NCBI GenBank assembly: GCA_002315715.1
Contig: DCHY01000033.1
Coordinates: 1-61,043 of the forward strand
DNA: 61,043 nt
DNA from: Clostridiales bacterium UBA1740
Lineage (GTDB): Bacteria > Bacillota > Clostridia > Oscillospirales > CAG-272
Reading direction: 5' to 3'
Below are positions 18,550 to 30,284 of this stretch, in pieces (positions within the stretch are counted from its first letter, which is position 1; each line of letters opens with the position of its first letter). The position numbers and the translations under genes were made by a program. Under the pieces are notes generated by a model that searched no databases, had not been told where the DNA came from, and saw nothing but the letters and a program-made list of their open reading frames with translations.

Positions 18550-19610
18550 ACAGAAAGATAACGAGAACCGTTTCGGTAGGAAACGTCAAAATCGGCGGAG
18601 GAAATCCCATCTCCGTTCAGTCTATGACCAACACCGATACGCACGACTTTGCGGCGACTTTGACGCAGGTTTTGGCGCTTGAGAAGGCGGGATGCGACAT
18701 AGTTCGCCTTGCCGTTCCCGACGTCGACTGCGCGTCCGTTTTCACCTATCTCAAAGAAAACGGCACCTCGGTGCCGCTCGTCGCCGACATTCATTTTGAT
18801 TACAAAATCGCCCTTGCCGCCATCGCGGCAGGTGCCGACAAAATCCGCATCAATCCCGGCAACATTGGCGACAGAACCAAGGTGGAAGCCGTGGTTTCGG
18901 CTTGTCAAAATAAACGCATCCCCATCCGCATCGGTGTCAACACCGGCTCCCTTGAACCGTCCATCCTCAAAGAATACGGCCACCCGACGGCAGAGGCACT
19001 TGCCAAGAGCGCGCTCTACCATGCAAGCATCCTCGAAGACTGCGGTTTTACCGATACCGTTTTGTCGGTCAAGGCATCAAACGTCCCGATGATGATCGAG
19101 GCAAACCGCCTCCTTTCGGCGCAGTGCGCGTATCCCTTGCACCTCGGCGTGACGGAAGCCGGCGCCTCCGAGATGGGTATCATCAAAGGCGCCGTCGGCA
19201 TCGGAACGCTTCTTTCGGAGGGCATCGGCGACACCGTCAGAGTATCTTTGACCGACGATCCCGTCGAGGAAGTCAAGGCGGCAAAGAAAATTCTCTGTGC
19301 CTCCGGTGAATCCTCCAAACCTGCCCTCGACGTCGTTTCCTGCCCGACCTGCGGCAGAACGAAAATAGCCCTTATTCCGCTCGTTCGGGCATTCACCGAA
19401 CGCGCCGAAGCCTTGGGGCTTACCGACAAGCCCATCAAAGTCGCGCTGATGGGTTGTGCCGTCAACGGACCGGGAGAAGCGCGCGAATGCGACGTCGGCT
19501 TTGCCGGCGGCGATAAGGAAGGCTTGATTTTCAAAAAAGGACAAATCCTTTATAAAGTCCCCGAAGAAAAAATAATCGACGCCTTGATTGACGAAATCCG
19601 AAAAATGTGA
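18546..19610 (+). CDS. ispG: 4-hydroxy-3-methylbut-2-en-1-yl diphosphate synthase
   Basis: VGNVKIGGGNPISVQSMTNT ... SCPTCGRT ... MGCAVNGPGEA. Confidence 0.95.
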   Translation: MNRKITRTVSVGNVKIGGGNPISVQSMTNTDTHDFAATLTQVLALEKAGCDIVRLAVPDVDCASVFTYLKENGTSVPLVADIHFDYKIALAAIAAGADKIRINPGNIGDRTKVEAVVSACQNKRIPIRIGVNTGSLEPSILKEYGHPTAEALAKSALYHASILEDCGFTDTVLSVKASNVPMMIEANRLLSAQCAYPLHLGVTEAGASEMGIIKGAVGIGTLLSEGIGDTVRVSLTDDPVEEVKAAKKILCASGESSKPALDVVSCPTCGRTKIALIPLVRAFTERAEALGLTDKPIKVALMGCAVNGPGEARECDVGFAGGDKEGLIFKKGQILYKVPEEKIIDALIDEIRKM

Positions 19611-19693
19611 TATAGTACTGTTAAGCGTACCCCGTGGGAAGAAAACCCGGTGTCGCAAATGATATGAGCCGCAAAGACGGCGGAGATGAAAAA

Positions 19694-22600
19694 ATGAGTA
19701 AGACGTTTCGCGAGTATTTTACTTCCTATGCCCCCACGGGCGAAAAAAAGGCTTTGCTTGACCGCGCGGTCGAGTGCAAAGTCCGCTTGATCCGCGAACC
19801 CCGTATTTTCGAGGTTGACCTTTTCTTTGAGGGACACGAAGATCCCGAATTATTTTACGAAATACAAGACGAATGCAGAGAAGTCTATGAGGCAGAAAGT
19901 TTCAAAATTTTGCCCCATTTTCCTGCGTCGTCTTTTTCTTCTGCCTATTATCCCGAAATCTTTACCGAAGCCGCGCTCTACGGCGGCGTGACGCACGGAT
20001 TTTTCCGCTCCGCTAAGGTGGAAGAGGGGGAGGATGCCGTCCTCATCCGTATTCCTTTTGCCGAGCGCGGCGTCGATTTCGTCACCGAAGCCAAGACGGA
20101 GGGAATCCTTTCCCGTATTCTTGAAAACCGCTACGGCATCAAGAAAAATTTCAAATTGACTTCCGACACCGCCTTGGCGCGGGAAGTCGAGTCCCGCCTC
20201 GAAAAAGAAAGAGCCGAGGCACTCCTTGCCGCCGAAGAAGAAAACCGTTTGGCGTGGCAAAGGAAAAGAGAAGAGGAAAGAAAGGCTGCCGAGGAACAGG
20301 CGCGCCTTACCGATCCTCATTACGATTTTGAAAAACGCGCGGGACTGTTGACGGCGACCGGCGTCGCGGAAACCGTCTCGGAGGGCGTTTATCGCATGGG
20401 CAACAGCGTCTATGACGTCAAGGAGCCGGAACTCTTGTACGGTGACGCTTTCGACGTCACCGAGCCGCAGTCGCTCTCGGACGTGCAAGTCGGCAAAACG
20501 ATGTTGCTGCTCGGCACCGTTTTTGCCGCCGACGGCAAAGAAAACCGCACCGGCGACCGCGTGTCCGTCTCCATCGGTATTTCCGACGGCACGACTGCCG
20601 TTTACATCCGCAAAAACTGTCCCAAGGAAGAATCCCTTTGGCTGAAAAAAGTTGAGAAGGGCATGCACGTCGCCGTCCTCGGCCGTATTATGGCGGACAA
20701 GTTCGATAACGAGCCTTTGTGCTTCCCGAAGGGCATCATGAAAATCAAAAAGCAGGAAAGAATGGATAACGCCGAAGAAAAGCGCGTCGAACTTCACCTG
20801 CACTCCAATATGTCGCAGATGGATGCCCTCATCACCCCTGCCGAAATCGTCAAGACCGCCATTCGTTTCGGTCATAAGGCGATTGCCGTGACCGACCACG
20901 GAAACGTGCAGGCGTTCCCCGAAGTGATGTTGGCGCTTGAAAAGAGCAAAAACAAGGACTTGAAGATTCTCTACGGTATGGAGGCGTATTTCGTCAACGA
21001 CACCGCGAGATGCCTCTTCGGTGACAAATATCCCGCCTTTGACGACGAGATGATCGTCTTTGACATCGAGACGACCGGACTTTCCAACCGCACTTGCAAA
21101 ATCATCGAGATAGGCGCCGTCAAAATCAAAAACGGCGAGGTCATCGACACGATGGATACCTTCGTCGATCCCGAGATGGCAATTCCCGAGGAGATAACGA
21201 ACTTGACCTCCATCACCGACGAGATGGTCAAGGGCGCGCCGAAAGAGGAAGAAGCGGTCAAGACGTTTCTGTCTTTTGCCGGTGACAGAATGCTCATCGC
21301 CCACAACGCAAACTTCGACGTCGGCTTTATCCGCGTGGCTTGCGCCAAATACGGCATCCCTTTCACCAATACGTTTCTCGATACCGTCGGGCTTTCCAAA
21401 TACGTCAACCCCGAACTCAAAAATCATAAACTCGACACCATCGCCGCGGCGTATCACCTCGACGATTTTCATCATCACAGGGCCTCCGACGACGCGACGG
21501 TGCTCGCCTATATTTTCTTCGTCATGCTCGACCGCCTGCGTGCGGAGGGCATCACCGATTTCCCCGGCGTCATCAACGTGATGAGCGAAAACACCGATCC
21601 CTTGAAGTTGCGCCCCTATCACATGATTGTTTTTGCGAGAAACAAGGAGGGCTTAAAGAACCTCTATCGCCTCGTTTCCGCCAGCTACCTCTCCTATTTC
21701 CACCGCTTTCCCCGTATCCCGAAAACGCTTCTTGAGCAGTACAGAGAAGGCTTGCTTATCAGCCCTGCTTGCGAGGCAGGAGAACTCTACCGCGCCATTC
21801 TTGACAACAAAAGTGAGCAAGAAGTGGAAGAAATCGCGAAATTCTACGATTATCTCGAGATTCAGCCGCTCTGCAACAACCGCTTTTTGATTGCCGAAGG
21901 AAAGGTCGCCGACGAGGAAGCGCTGAAGAATATCAATAAACAAATCATAGCCCTCGGCAAAAAACTCGGAAAGCCGGTTTGCGCCACCTGCGATGCGCAT
22001 TTCCTCGATAAAGAGGACGAGTTGTACCGCAAGATCATTCTCTCCGGCATGAAGTTTGCCGACGCCGATAAGGACACCGGCATCTACCTTCGCAACACCG
22101 AAGAAATGCTCGCCGAATTTGACTATCTCGGCGAAGACCTCGCGCGCGAAGTCGTCATCGAAAACCCCAATAAGATTGCCGATATGTGCGAAAAAATCCG
22201 CCCGATTCCCGAGGGACGTTACGAGCCGTCCTTGCCCGGTGCCGTCGAAGATTTGCAAACTTCCTGTTGGAACCGCGCCCACGAACTCTACGGCGATCCC
22301 CTTCCCGAAATCGTCGAGAAGCGCCTAAAGCGCGAACTTGATTCCATCATCGGCCACGGCTTTGCCGTTCTTTACATGATTGCCGTCAAACTCGTCGCCT
22401 ACTCCGAGAGCCTCGGCTATCAGGTCGGCTCGCGCGGATCCGTCGGTTCTTCCTTCGTCGCCACCATGTCGGGCATTTCCGAGGTCAACCCTCTGCCGCC
22501 GCACTATCGCTGTCCCAAATGCCGTCACACCGAATTCATCACCGACGGCTCGGTCGGCTCCGGCTTTGACCTGCCGGACAAAAACTGCCCCGATTGCGGC

Positions 22601-24094
22601 ACCGCGATGATTCCCGACGGCCACGACATTCCCTTTGAAACCTTCCTCGGCTTCCACGGCGACAAATCCCCCGATATCGACCTTAACTTCTCGGGAGACG
22701 TGCAGGGCAAAGTCCATAAGTACACCGAAGAACTCTTCGGCGAAGGACACGTGTTCCGCGCCGGCACCATCGGTACCCTGGCGGACAAGACCGCTTGGGG
22801 TTACGTCAACAAATATCTCGAAGACAAACATATCAAAATCCCCAAGGCGGAAATGGACCACATGGTGAGCAAACTCGTCGGTATCAAACGTACCACGAGC
22901 CAACACCCCGGCGGTATCATCGTCGTACCGAAGGAATTTGACATCGAGGACTTTTCTCCCATTCAGCACCCGGCGGACGACCCTCATTCCGATATCGTCA
23001 CGACGCACTATCAGTTCTCCTACCTTCACGATACCATCTTGAAGCTCGACGAACTCGGCCACGATATGCCGACCAAGTACAAGATGCTCGAAAAGTACAC
23101 GAACACCTCGGTGCTCGACGTGAAGATGAACGATAAGGACGTCTACGAACTCTTCCATTCGACCGCCCCCTTGCACATCACCCCCGACCAAATCGGCGGT
23201 TGCCAACTCGGCACCTTCGGCGTTCCCGAGATGGGTACGCGCTTTGCACAGCAGGTGCTTATCGAGGCACAGCCGAAAACCTTTGCCGACCTTTTGCAGA
23301 TCATGGGTCTGACTCACGGCACGAACGTATGGCTCGGCAACGCACAGGATTTGATTAAAAACGGTACCTGTACCATTTCCGAGGTCGTCGGAACCCGTGA
23401 CGGCATCATGCTGTATCTTCTGCGTCATAACCTCGAAGACTCCATGTCTTTCGCCATCATGGAAGACGTGCGTAAAGGCCGCGGCTTGAAGCCGGAGTAC
23501 GAGGCAGCCATGCTGGAACACGACGTGCCGCAGTGGTACATCGATTCCTGCAAGAAAATCGCCTACATGTTCCCGAAGGCACACGCCGCCGCCTACGCCA
23601 TGTCCGCCATCCGTCTTTGCTGGTATAAGATTTACTATCCTATGGAATTTTACGCCGCCTTTTTGACGGTTGCACCCGGCGGATTTGACGCCGCCATCGT
23701 CAATCGTGGCTACACCGGCGTGTCCAAAGCCATTGAGGAACTCGAGGCAAAGGGCAACGAAGCCACCGCCAAAGATTCGGAACAAATCGCCACTTTGCAA
23801 CTCGTCAGAGAAGCCTTGGCACGCGGTGTCGTCTTCTTGAACGTCGATCTTAAAAAATCCGACGCCACGGCGTTCTTGCCCGAAAACGGAAAAATCCGTA
23901 TGCCGTTCAACGCCTTGAGCGGTCTTGGCGATACCGCCGCCGCGAAAATTATCGAAGCGCGTGACAATCACGAAATCTATTCGATCGAAGATTTGAAACA
24001 ATATGCCGGTATCGGCAAAACCGTCATCGAAGTCCTTCGCGAAAACCACGTTCTCGACAATTTGCAGGAAACCAATCAGTTCTCTATGTTCTGA
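19694..24094 (+). CDS. polC: PolC-type DNA polymerase III alpha subunit
   Basis: Over 1460 aa with PHP (VELHLHSNMSQMD), a DEDDh exonuclease insert (VFDIETTGL, HNANFDVGF) and the polymerase core. Likely start is the ATG at 19694 (MSKTFREYF), with a GGAG SD, inside track ORF 19634..24094. Confidence 0.95.
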   Translation: MSKTFREYFTSYAPTGEKKALLDRAVECKVRLIREPRIFEVDLFFEGHEDPELFYEIQDECREVYEAESFKILPHFPASSFSSAYYPEIFTEAALYGGVTHGFFRSAKVEEGEDAVLIRIPFAERGVDFVTEAKTEGILSRILENRYGIKKNFKLTSDTALAREVESRLEKERAEALLAAEEENRLAWQRKREEERKAAEEQARLTDPHYDFEKRAGLLTATGVAETVSEGVYRMGNSVYDVKEPELLYGDAFDVTEPQSLSDVQVGKTMLLLGTVFAADGKENRTGDRVSVSIGISDGTTAVYIRKNCPKEESLWLKKVEKGMHVAVLGRIMADKFDNEPLCFPKGIMKIKKQERMDNAEEKRVELHLHSNMSQMDALITPAEIVKTAIRFGHKAIAVTDHGNVQAFPEVMLALEKSKNKDLKILYGMEAYFVNDTARCLFGDKYPAFDDEMIVFDIETTGLSNRTCKIIEIGAVKIKNGEVIDTMDTFVDPEMAIPEEITNLTSITDEMVKGAPKEEEAVKTFLSFAGDRMLIAHNANFDVGFIRVACAKYGIPFTNTFLDTVGLSKYVNPELKNHKLDTIAAAYHLDDFHHHRASDDATVLAYIFFVMLDRLRAEGITDFPGVINVMSENTDPLKLRPYHMIVFARNKEGLKNLYRLVSASYLSYFHRFPRIPKTLLEQYREGLLISPACEAGELYRAILDNKSEQEVEEIAKFYDYLEIQPLCNNRFLIAEGKVADEEALKNINKQIIALGKKLGKPVCATCDAHFLDKEDELYRKIILSGMKFADADKDTGIYLRNTEEMLAEFDYLGEDLAREVVIENPNKIADMCEKIRPIPEGRYEPSLPGAVEDLQTSCWNRAHELYGDPLPEIVEKRLKRELDSIIGHGFAVLYMIAVKLVAYSESLGYQVGSRGSVGSSFVATMSGISEVNPLPPHYRCPKCRHTEFITDGSVGSGFDLPDKNCPDCGTAMIPDGHDIPFETFLGFHGDKSPDIDLNFSGDVQGKVHKYTEELFGEGHVFRAGTIGTLADKTAWGYVNKYLEDKHIKIPKAEMDHMVSKLVGIKRTTSQHPGGIIVVPKEFDIEDFSPIQHPADDPHSDIVTTHYQFSYLHDTILKLDELGHDMPTKYKMLEKYTNTSVLDVKMNDKDVYELFHSTAPLHITPDQIGGCQLGTFGVPEMGTRFAQQVLIEAQPKTFADLLQIMGLTHGTNVWLGNAQDLIKNGTCTISEVVGTRDGIMLYLLRHNLEDSMSFAIMEDVRKGRGLKPEYEAAMLEHDVPQWYIDSCKKIAYMFPKAHAAAYAMSAIRLCWYKIYYPMEFYAAFLTVAPGGFDAAIVNRGYTGVSKAIEELEAKGNEATAKDSEQIATLQLVREALARGVVFLNVDLKKSDATAFLPENGKIRMPFNALSGLGDTAAAKIIEARDNHEIYSIEDLKQYAGIGKTVIEVLRENHVLDNLQETNQFSMF

Positions 24095-24114
24095 TTTTTC
24101 CATTCATTCAAAAA

Positions 24115-24147
24115 GAAAAGCGCGAGGAAATATCCTCGCGCTTTTTG
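24115..24147. terminator. bidirectional rho-independent terminator (polC / pepT)
   Basis: AGCGCGAGGA-AATA-TCCTCGCGCT hairpin with T-runs on both strands. Confidence 0.8.
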
Positions 24148-24158
24148 TGCGTTTAATA

Positions 24159-25379
24159 TCAAAACTCCGAATAAATGCTAACAATGGTTAGCAAAATCTC
24201 GGTTGCTTTTCGCATACCTTCCACCGAAACGTGCTCGTACGGTCCGTGAAAAGCAAAGCCGCCGGTGCCGAGATTCGGGCAGGGAAGTCCCATGAAAGAG
24301 AGCCGTGCCCCGTCGGTGCCGCCGCGAATGGGCGCCACCTTCGATTCTATGCCGCACCGTTTTGCCGCGATTTTTGCATTCTCGACAAGATGAAAATTCT
24401 CTTCGATTTTTTCTCTCATGTTGCGGTATTGCTCTTGAATCGTCAAACGGACGGTGCCCTCGCCGTAGGCTTGGATGAAGGCTTCAGCGATGCTGTTTAA
24501 CGTTTTCAGTTTTTCTTCAAATTTTTCTTTGTCGTGGTCGCGAACGATATAGGAAAGTTTGGCACGTTCGACGTTTCCCGTCATTTCCGTCAAATGGAAA
24601 AACCCTTCGTACCCTTCCGTCTTTGCCGGCGTTTCGTCCTTCGGCAGAGAACGGGCTATCTCGGTTGCCACAAGGGCGGCGTTTACCATAATATCCTTGG
24701 CGGTGCCGGGATGGACGTTGACGCCTTGGACTTCAAAGACCGCCGACGCGGCGTTGAAATTTTCGTATTCCAAACCGCCCTCGAGGTCCCCGTCCGCCGT
24801 GTAGGCAAAATCGGCGTCGAAAAGAGAAAGGTCAAATCCGTCGGCACCCTCGCCGATTTCTTCGTCCGGGGTAAAGGCGATGCGGACGGGACCGTGGGGA
24901 AGACCGCTTGCCGTCAGTTCTTCGGCAAGAGTCATGATCTCGGCTATCCCGGCTTTGTCGTCGGCACCGAGCAGCGTTTTGCCGTCGGTCGTGATGAGGG
25001 TACGCCCCCTCCACGCGGATAAATGCGGGAATGACTTGGGACTTAGCACAAGCCCCGAATCTCCGAGCGGCACGTCGCCCCCGTCGTAATTTGCAATCAC
25101 TCTCGCCCGGACGTTTTCTCCCGAAAAATCGGGGGAGGTATCCATATGGGCGATAAAACCGAGTTTTTTGCGGGTTTCGTATCCTGCGCTCGCCGGGATT
25201 TTGGCGTATACGTAGCAGTCGTCTGTCAGCACCACGTCGGAAATGCCGATTTCTTGCAGTTCTCTTTTGAGATACTCCGCGAGCTCCAATTGCCGCTTCG
25301 TACTCGGATGGGAGCCGCTTTCCCCATCGCTTTGGGTGTCAAAAGCCGTATATTTCAAAAATCTCTCTTCGGGTTTCAT
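24159..25379 (-). CDS. pepT: peptidase T (tripeptide aminopeptidase, M20B)
   Basis: MKPEERFLKYTAFDTQSD ... IAHMDTSPD ... GADDKAGIAEI ... FTPDEEIG. Confidence 0.93.
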   Translation of the reverse strand: MKPEERFLKYTAFDTQSDGESGSHPSTKRQLELAEYLKRELQEIGISDVVLTDDCYVYAKIPASAGYETRKKLGFIAHMDTSPDFSGENVRARVIANYDGGDVPLGDSGLVLSPKSFPHLSAWRGRTLITTDGKTLLGADDKAGIAEIMTLAEELTASGLPHGPVRIAFTPDEEIGEGADGFDLSLFDADFAYTADGDLEGGLEYENFNAASAVFEVQGVNVHPGTAKDIMVNAALVATEIARSLPKDETPAKTEGYEGFFHLTEMTGNVERAKLSYIVRDHDKEKFEEKLKTLNSIAEAFIQAYGEGTVRLTIQEQYRNMREKIEENFHLVENAKIAAKRCGIESKVAPIRGGTDGARLSFMGLPCPNLGTGGFAFHGPYEHVSVEGMRKATEILLTIVSIYSEF

Positions 25380-25520
25380 ATCATCACCTCACAGAATATT
25401 ATACCGCGTTTACCTCTTTTCGTCAACCGAAACCGGGAATTTCCGATAGGCTCTTGCATTATGTGCGCGTATATGATAAAATAATTTTAATTTGATAACG
25501 AAGAGAGAGGAGACCATTCG

Positions 25521-26930
25521 ATGAGTGACACCGCGGTGCACGAAGGCCACCGAGAGCGGATGCGACGCAAATTCGTTTTGCACGGCGCCGACGTTTTCGA
25601 TTCTTACGAACTTCTCGAGATGCTCCTTTACTTTGTCTTGCCCTACCGCGACACCAATCCGCCGGCACACCGCCTTTTGTCCGCCTTTGGGACGCTCGAT
25701 TGTGTGTTTTCCAAACCTCTGTCGGATTTGTCCGCCGTGGACGGCATCGGAGCGAGCGCTGCCCGTTTTTTGTTGTCGGTCGGCGAAAACGGCAAGGATG
25801 CGCTGCTTTATCGCGGCTCGTCCCTTGAACCTTTCGATTCTTACGAAAGAGTGTCGGCATTCTTTCTCTCCCGTATGAAAAACGGCAATCCCCCCGTCCT
25901 TGACGCGCTGTTTCTCGATAACCGTATGTGCGGTATTGCCGCAGAACGGCTTTACGAAACGGATTTTTCGAGCGGCGCCGTCAATCCCGTCTCCTGCGTT
26001 CGACGGGCATTGAATCTTCACGCTTCCGTTGTGATTTTGGCGCACAGCCGTCTTCACGGTGCACTCTTCCCGACCGAAAGCGACAGGGCAGGGTACCGTT
26101 CTTTCGCGGATGCCTTGGAACTTGCCGGAATCAAGGAAGCCGACCATTTTCTCGTCGTCGGCGATAAACTCATCAGTCTTAAATCCTTCCGCCCGTCCGA
26201 CTTTTACGGCGTGCCGAAACTGTCGGAATATTACGACACATACCCAAAAGGAGAACCGTTGCAAACGGCGGCAACGGCACGGGCAGAGCGTCCCGCACCT
26301 TTGGTGTTCGGTGACGACGGCATGCTTCTTTGCCGTTTTCTCTCACCGCTCTATGAAGAAGAAAAGGCAAAAGCCCTCGCCGAAAAACTTCTTTTCCGCT
26401 TTGGCAGTGCCGAGCGCGTCTTTTCGGCAGATTTCGAATCGTTGCTCGGCGTCGACGGCGTCGGCGAGAAGTGCGCTTTCTTCATCCGTTTGTGCATGGC
26501 GCTTACCTCGCGCCGTATGACCGAGAAGTTTCCCTTCGGACGCGCCGTCACCGAGTCCGAAATCCAAGAATATTTCACCTCGTATTTTGCCGGACAGCAG
26601 GATGAAGAGGTGTTGATGATGACGTTTGACAAAGAAAACCGACCGAGTGGCGTCTGCCGTCTTTCCAAAGGAACGGTCAATTCTTCCAATCTCAACAGAC
26701 GTGCCTGTCTCGAAGCCGCGGTGCAGAAAGAAGCCGTCAGCGTCGTTTTGGCGCACAATCACCCGGGCGGCGTAGCCGAACCCTCCAAAGAAGATTACGC
26801 GGCGACCGGCGCACTTGCCGACGCCCTTCTCACCGTCAACGTCAAATTGCGCGATCACTTCGTCGTGGCAGGCTGTCATTGCGTGTCTATGTTCACGCGC
26901 GAAAACGACGATTTTCATTTGCATCAGTAA
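25521..26930 (+). CDS. radC: tandem-duplicated RadC/JAMM family protein (469 aa; two RadC modules)
   Basis: Module 1 (aa 1-235): [27 protein letters not shown] plus a degenerate JAMM motif [15 protein letters not shown]. Module 2 (aa 260-469): an HhH-like segment [10 protein letters not shown] plus an intact JAMM motif [15 protein letters not shown]. Confidence 0.8.
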   Translation: MSDTAVHEGHRERMRRKFVLHGADVFDSYELLEMLLYFVLPYRDTNPPAHRLLSAFGTLDCVFSKPLSDLSAVDGIGASAARFLLSVGENGKDALLYRGSSLEPFDSYERVSAFFLSRMKNGNPPVLDALFLDNRMCGIAAERLYETDFSSGAVNPVSCVRRALNLHASVVILAHSRLHGALFPTESDRAGYRSFADALELAGIKEADHFLVVGDKLISLKSFRPSDFYGVPKLSEYYDTYPKGEPLQTAATARAERPAPLVFGDDGMLLCRFLSPLYEEEKAKALAEKLLFRFGSAERVFSADFESLLGVDGVGEKCAFFIRLCMALTSRRMTEKFPFGRAVTESEIQEYFTSYFAGQQDEEVLMMTFDKENRPSGVCRLSKGTVNSSNLNRRACLEAAVQKEAVSVVLAHNHPGGVAEPSKEDYAATGALADALLTVNVKLRDHFVVAGCHCVSMFTRENDDFHLHQ

Positions 26931-26949
26931 ACCGAAAAAGGAGCATAGT

Positions 26950-28626
26950 ATGGCTATCTTATCCGACATTGAAATTGCACAAAAAACGAAAATGGAGCCG
27001 ATTACCGCCATCGCGGCGAGAGCCGGCATTCCCGACGAGGCGCTTGAGCCTTACGGAAAATACAAGGCGAAAATCGACCTTTCGCTGCTCAAAGACGAAA
27101 AGAGAAAGAACGGAAAGTTGATTCTCGTCACCGCCATGACGCCCACCCCGGCGGGTGAGGGAAAAACCACCACCACCATCGGCGTTGCCGACGGCCTCCG
27201 CAAAATCGGCAAAAACGTCGTCGTAGCCTTGCGTGAACCCTCCCTCGGTCCCGTCTTCGGTGTCAAAGGGGGCGCCGCCGGCGGCGGATATGCACAGGTC
27301 GTGCCCATGGAGGACATCAACCTGCATTTCACGGGCGACTTCCACGCCATCGGTGCCGCCAACAACCTCCTTGCCGCTATGCTCGACAACCATATCTATC
27401 AGGGCAACGCTCTGAACATCGACCCTCGCCGAATCACCTGGCGCCGCTGCGTCGATATGAACGACCGTCAGCTTCGCTTCGTCACCGACGGTCTCGGCGG
27501 CCGCGTCAACGGTTTCCCGCGTGAGGACGGATACGATATCACCGTCGCCTCGGAAATCATGGCTGTGTTCTGCCTGTCTTCTTCCATTTCCGACCTCAAG
27601 GCGCGTCTGTCCCGCATCGTCGTCGGCTACACCTACGACGAAAAACCCGTCACGGCGGCGGATTTGCACGCCGTCGGCGCTATGACGGCACTCTTGAAAG
27701 ACGCCCTAAAACCCAATCTCGTACAAACCCTCGAAGGTACTCCGGCACTCGTGCACGGCGGTCCTTTTGCCAATATCGCCCACGGCTGCAACTCGGTTCT
27801 CGCCACCCGTATGGCGATGAAACTCGGCGATTATACCGTGACGGAAGCCGGCTTCGGTGCCGACCTCGGCGCCGAGAAATTTCTCGACATCAAGTGCCGT
27901 GCGGCAGGATTGACGCCCGACGCCGTCGTCGTCGTTGCCACCGTCAGAGCCCTCAAAATGCACGGCGGCGTGCCGAAGACCGAACTCGGGGCGGAGAATC
28001 TGTCTGCCCTTGCCAAAGGTCTTCCCAATCTGCTTCGTCACGTTTCCAACATCAAAAACGTCTATAAACTCCCCTGCGTCGTCGCCCTCAACCGTTTCCC
28101 GACGGATACCGACGCCGAGGTTGCCGAGGTCATGAAAGAATGTAAAGAACTCGGCGTCAATACCGTTCTCTCCACCGTTTGGGCAGAGGGCGGAGAAGGC
28201 GGAAAAGATTTGGCGCGCGAGGTCGTACGCCTCTGCGAAGATGAAAAAGGCGACTTCACCTTCAGTTACGAAGATACCGACACTCTCGTCGAGAAGATTT
28301 TTAAAGTGGCAACCAAAATCTACGGTGCCAAGGACGTCGCCATCGACCTGCCGGCACTCAAAGAAATCGACAAACTCACGTCGCTCGGCTTCGGGAATCT
28401 TCCGGTCTGCCTTGCCAAAACGCAGTACAGTTTCTCCGACGATCCGAAAGCCCTCGGCGCTCCCACGGACTTCACTCTTCACGTCCGCCGCGTCAAAGTG
28501 TCGGCGGGTGCCGGCTTCGTCGTCGTATATACCGGTGACATTATGACCATGCCGGGACTTCCGAAAGTCCCCGCCGCAGAGAATATCGACGTCTCGGAAG
28601 ACGGCGTTATTTCCGGCCTTTTCTGA
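26950..28626 (+). CDS. fhs: formate--tetrahydrofolate ligase
   Basis: [11 protein letters not shown] ... [15 protein letters not shown] ... canonical FTHFS. AAAAGGAG SD; the ATG at 26950 lies inside track ORF 26815..28626. Confidence 0.95.
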   Translation: MAILSDIEIAQKTKMEPITAIAARAGIPDEALEPYGKYKAKIDLSLLKDEKRKNGKLILVTAMTPTPAGEGKTTTTIGVADGLRKIGKNVVVALREPSLGPVFGVKGGAAGGGYAQVVPMEDINLHFTGDFHAIGAANNLLAAMLDNHIYQGNALNIDPRRITWRRCVDMNDRQLRFVTDGLGGRVNGFPREDGYDITVASEIMAVFCLSSSISDLKARLSRIVVGYTYDEKPVTAADLHAVGAMTALLKDALKPNLVQTLEGTPALVHGGPFANIAHGCNSVLATRMAMKLGDYTVTEAGFGADLGAEKFLDIKCRAAGLTPDAVVVVATVRALKMHGGVPKTELGAENLSALAKGLPNLLRHVSNIKNVYKLPCVVALNRFPTDTDAEVAEVMKECKELGVNTVLSTVWAEGGEGGKDLAREVVRLCEDEKGDFTFSYEDTDTLVEKIFKVATKIYGAKDVAIDLPALKEIDKLTSLGFGNLPVCLAKTQYSFSDDPKALGAPTDFTLHVRRVKVSAGAGFVVVYTGDIMTMPGLPKVPAAENIDVSEDGVISGLF

Positions 28627-28637
28627 TAGGAGGATTT

Positions 28638-28907
28638 ATGAAAGCCGTATTAACCGTTCTCGGAAAAGATAAGCCCGGCATCATCGCCGGCGTCAGCCTG
28701 TTCCTCGCCGAACACGGCATCAACATCGAAGATATCAGTCAAACGATCATGCAGGGCAACTTCACCATGATCATGGTCGTCAATATCGAAAACTCCGACT
28801 TGCCTCTCGGGGAACTCACCGCCGCCGCCAAAGCGGTCGGGGAGAAAATCGGCGTGACGATTCACCTTCAGCACGAAGATATCTTTAACGCCATGCACGA
28901 GGTTTGA
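28638..28907 (+). CDS. ACT domain protein (UPF0237 family)
   Basis: 89 aa, [35 protein letters not shown], typical of the small ACT protein paired with UPF0210. Confidence 0.85.
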   Translation: MKAVLTVLGKDKPGIIAGVSLFLAEHGINIEDISQTIMQGNFTMIMVVNIENSDLPLGELTAAAKAVGEKIGVTIHLQHEDIFNAMHEV

Positions 28908-28908
28908 G

Positions 28909-30261
28909 ATGAAAACGTCCAATATTCTTGAAACCGTCAACATGGTCGATAAAGAGCATTTTGACGTGCGAACCATCACGATGGGACTTTCGCTTTTTCC
29001 CGCCATCCGCGGAAGTGCAAAAGACACGGCAAGCGCCGTGTACGACCTCGTCACCAAACGTGCCGAACGACTTGTGAAGGTCGGCGAAGATTTGGCAAAC
29101 GAGTACGGCGTTCCCGTCGTCAATAAACGCATATCCGTCACTCCCGTCAGCCTTATCACGGCGCCCTTCAAAGGGGAAGAAGTCGTCATCGCCAAGGCGC
29201 TTGACCGCGCCGCAAAAGCCGTCGGCGTCAACTTCCTCGGCGGATATTCCGCCCTCGTCCAAAAAGGCATGACGTCTTACGAAGAATCCTTTATCCGCAG
29301 CATTCCCGAAGTGCTCGCCGAGACCGACCTTCTTTGTTCGTCCGTCAACGTCGGCTCCACCCGTGCCGGCATCGAGATGAACGCCGTGCGTCTGCTCGGT
29401 GAAATCATCAAAGAAACGGCAGAGAAGACGAAGGACCGCGACGGTTTCGGCTGTGCGAAATTCGTCGCATTCTGCAATGCCGTCGAAGACAACCCCTTTA
29501 TGGCAGGCGCCTTTCACGGCGTCGGAGAAGGGGAGTGCATGATCAACGTCGGCGTCTCCGGCCCCGGCGTCGTCTATCACGCCTTGCAGGGCAAAGAGGA
29601 CCTTCCCTTAAACGAAGTGGCGGAAATCGTCAAGAAAACCGCCTTCAAAATCACCCGTGTCGGTCAACTGATGGCGACCGAAGCCTCCAAGCGCCTCGGT
29701 GCCGAATTCGGCATCGTCGATTTGTCCTTGGCACCGACGCCCGTCGTCGGCGACTCCGTCGGACGCATCCTTGAGTCGATGGGGCTTCAAAGCGTCGGTA
29801 CCCACGGTACCACCGCGGCTTTGGCGCTTCTCAACGACGCCGTCAAAAAGGGCGGTGTCATGGCGACCTCGCGCGTCGGCGGACTCTCGGGCGCCTTTAT
29901 CCCCGTTTCGGAAGACGAAGGCATGATTGCCGGCGTCAAGTGCGGTTCGCTGACGCTCGAAAAACTCGAGGCGATGACCGCCGTCTGCTCGGTCGGTATC
30001 GACATGGTCGCCGTCCCCGGTGACACCCCTGCCGAAACCATCAGCGCCATGATCGCCGACGAAGCGGCTATCGGTATGGTCAACAATAAAACTACCGCCG
30101 TCCGCGTCATTCCCGTTCCCGGGAAAGGAGTCGGACAAACCGTCGAATTCGGCGGTCTTCTCGGCGCCGCCCCCATTATGCCCGTCAATCCCGCCTCTTC
30201 CGCCGTATTGATTCACCGCGGCGGCTTTATTCCGGCACCCATCCACGGCAATAAAAACTAA
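28909..30261 (+). CDS. UPF0210 / DUF711 (PFL-family) protein
   Basis: 450 aa, [26 protein letters not shown]..., with the ATG 1 nt after the ACT gene stop. It resembles the conserved UPF0210 family, whose function is unknown. Confidence 0.85.
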   Translation: MKTSNILETVNMVDKEHFDVRTITMGLSLFPAIRGSAKDTASAVYDLVTKRAERLVKVGEDLANEYGVPVVNKRISVTPVSLITAPFKGEEVVIAKALDRAAKAVGVNFLGGYSALVQKGMTSYEESFIRSIPEVLAETDLLCSSVNVGSTRAGIEMNAVRLLGEIIKETAEKTKDRDGFGCAKFVAFCNAVEDNPFMAGAFHGVGEGECMINVGVSGPGVVYHALQGKEDLPLNEVAEIVKKTAFKITRVGQLMATEASKRLGAEFGIVDLSLAPTPVVGDSVGRILESMGLQSVGTHGTTAALALLNDAVKKGGVMATSRVGGLSGAFIPVSEDEGMIAGVKCGSLTLEKLEAMTAVCSVGIDMVAVPGDTPAETISAMIADEAAIGMVNNKTTAVRVIPVPGKGVGQTVEFGGLLGAAPIMPVNPASSAVLIHRGGFIPAPIHGNKN

Positions 30262-30284
30262 CGACACCGACAAGGAGACAACCC

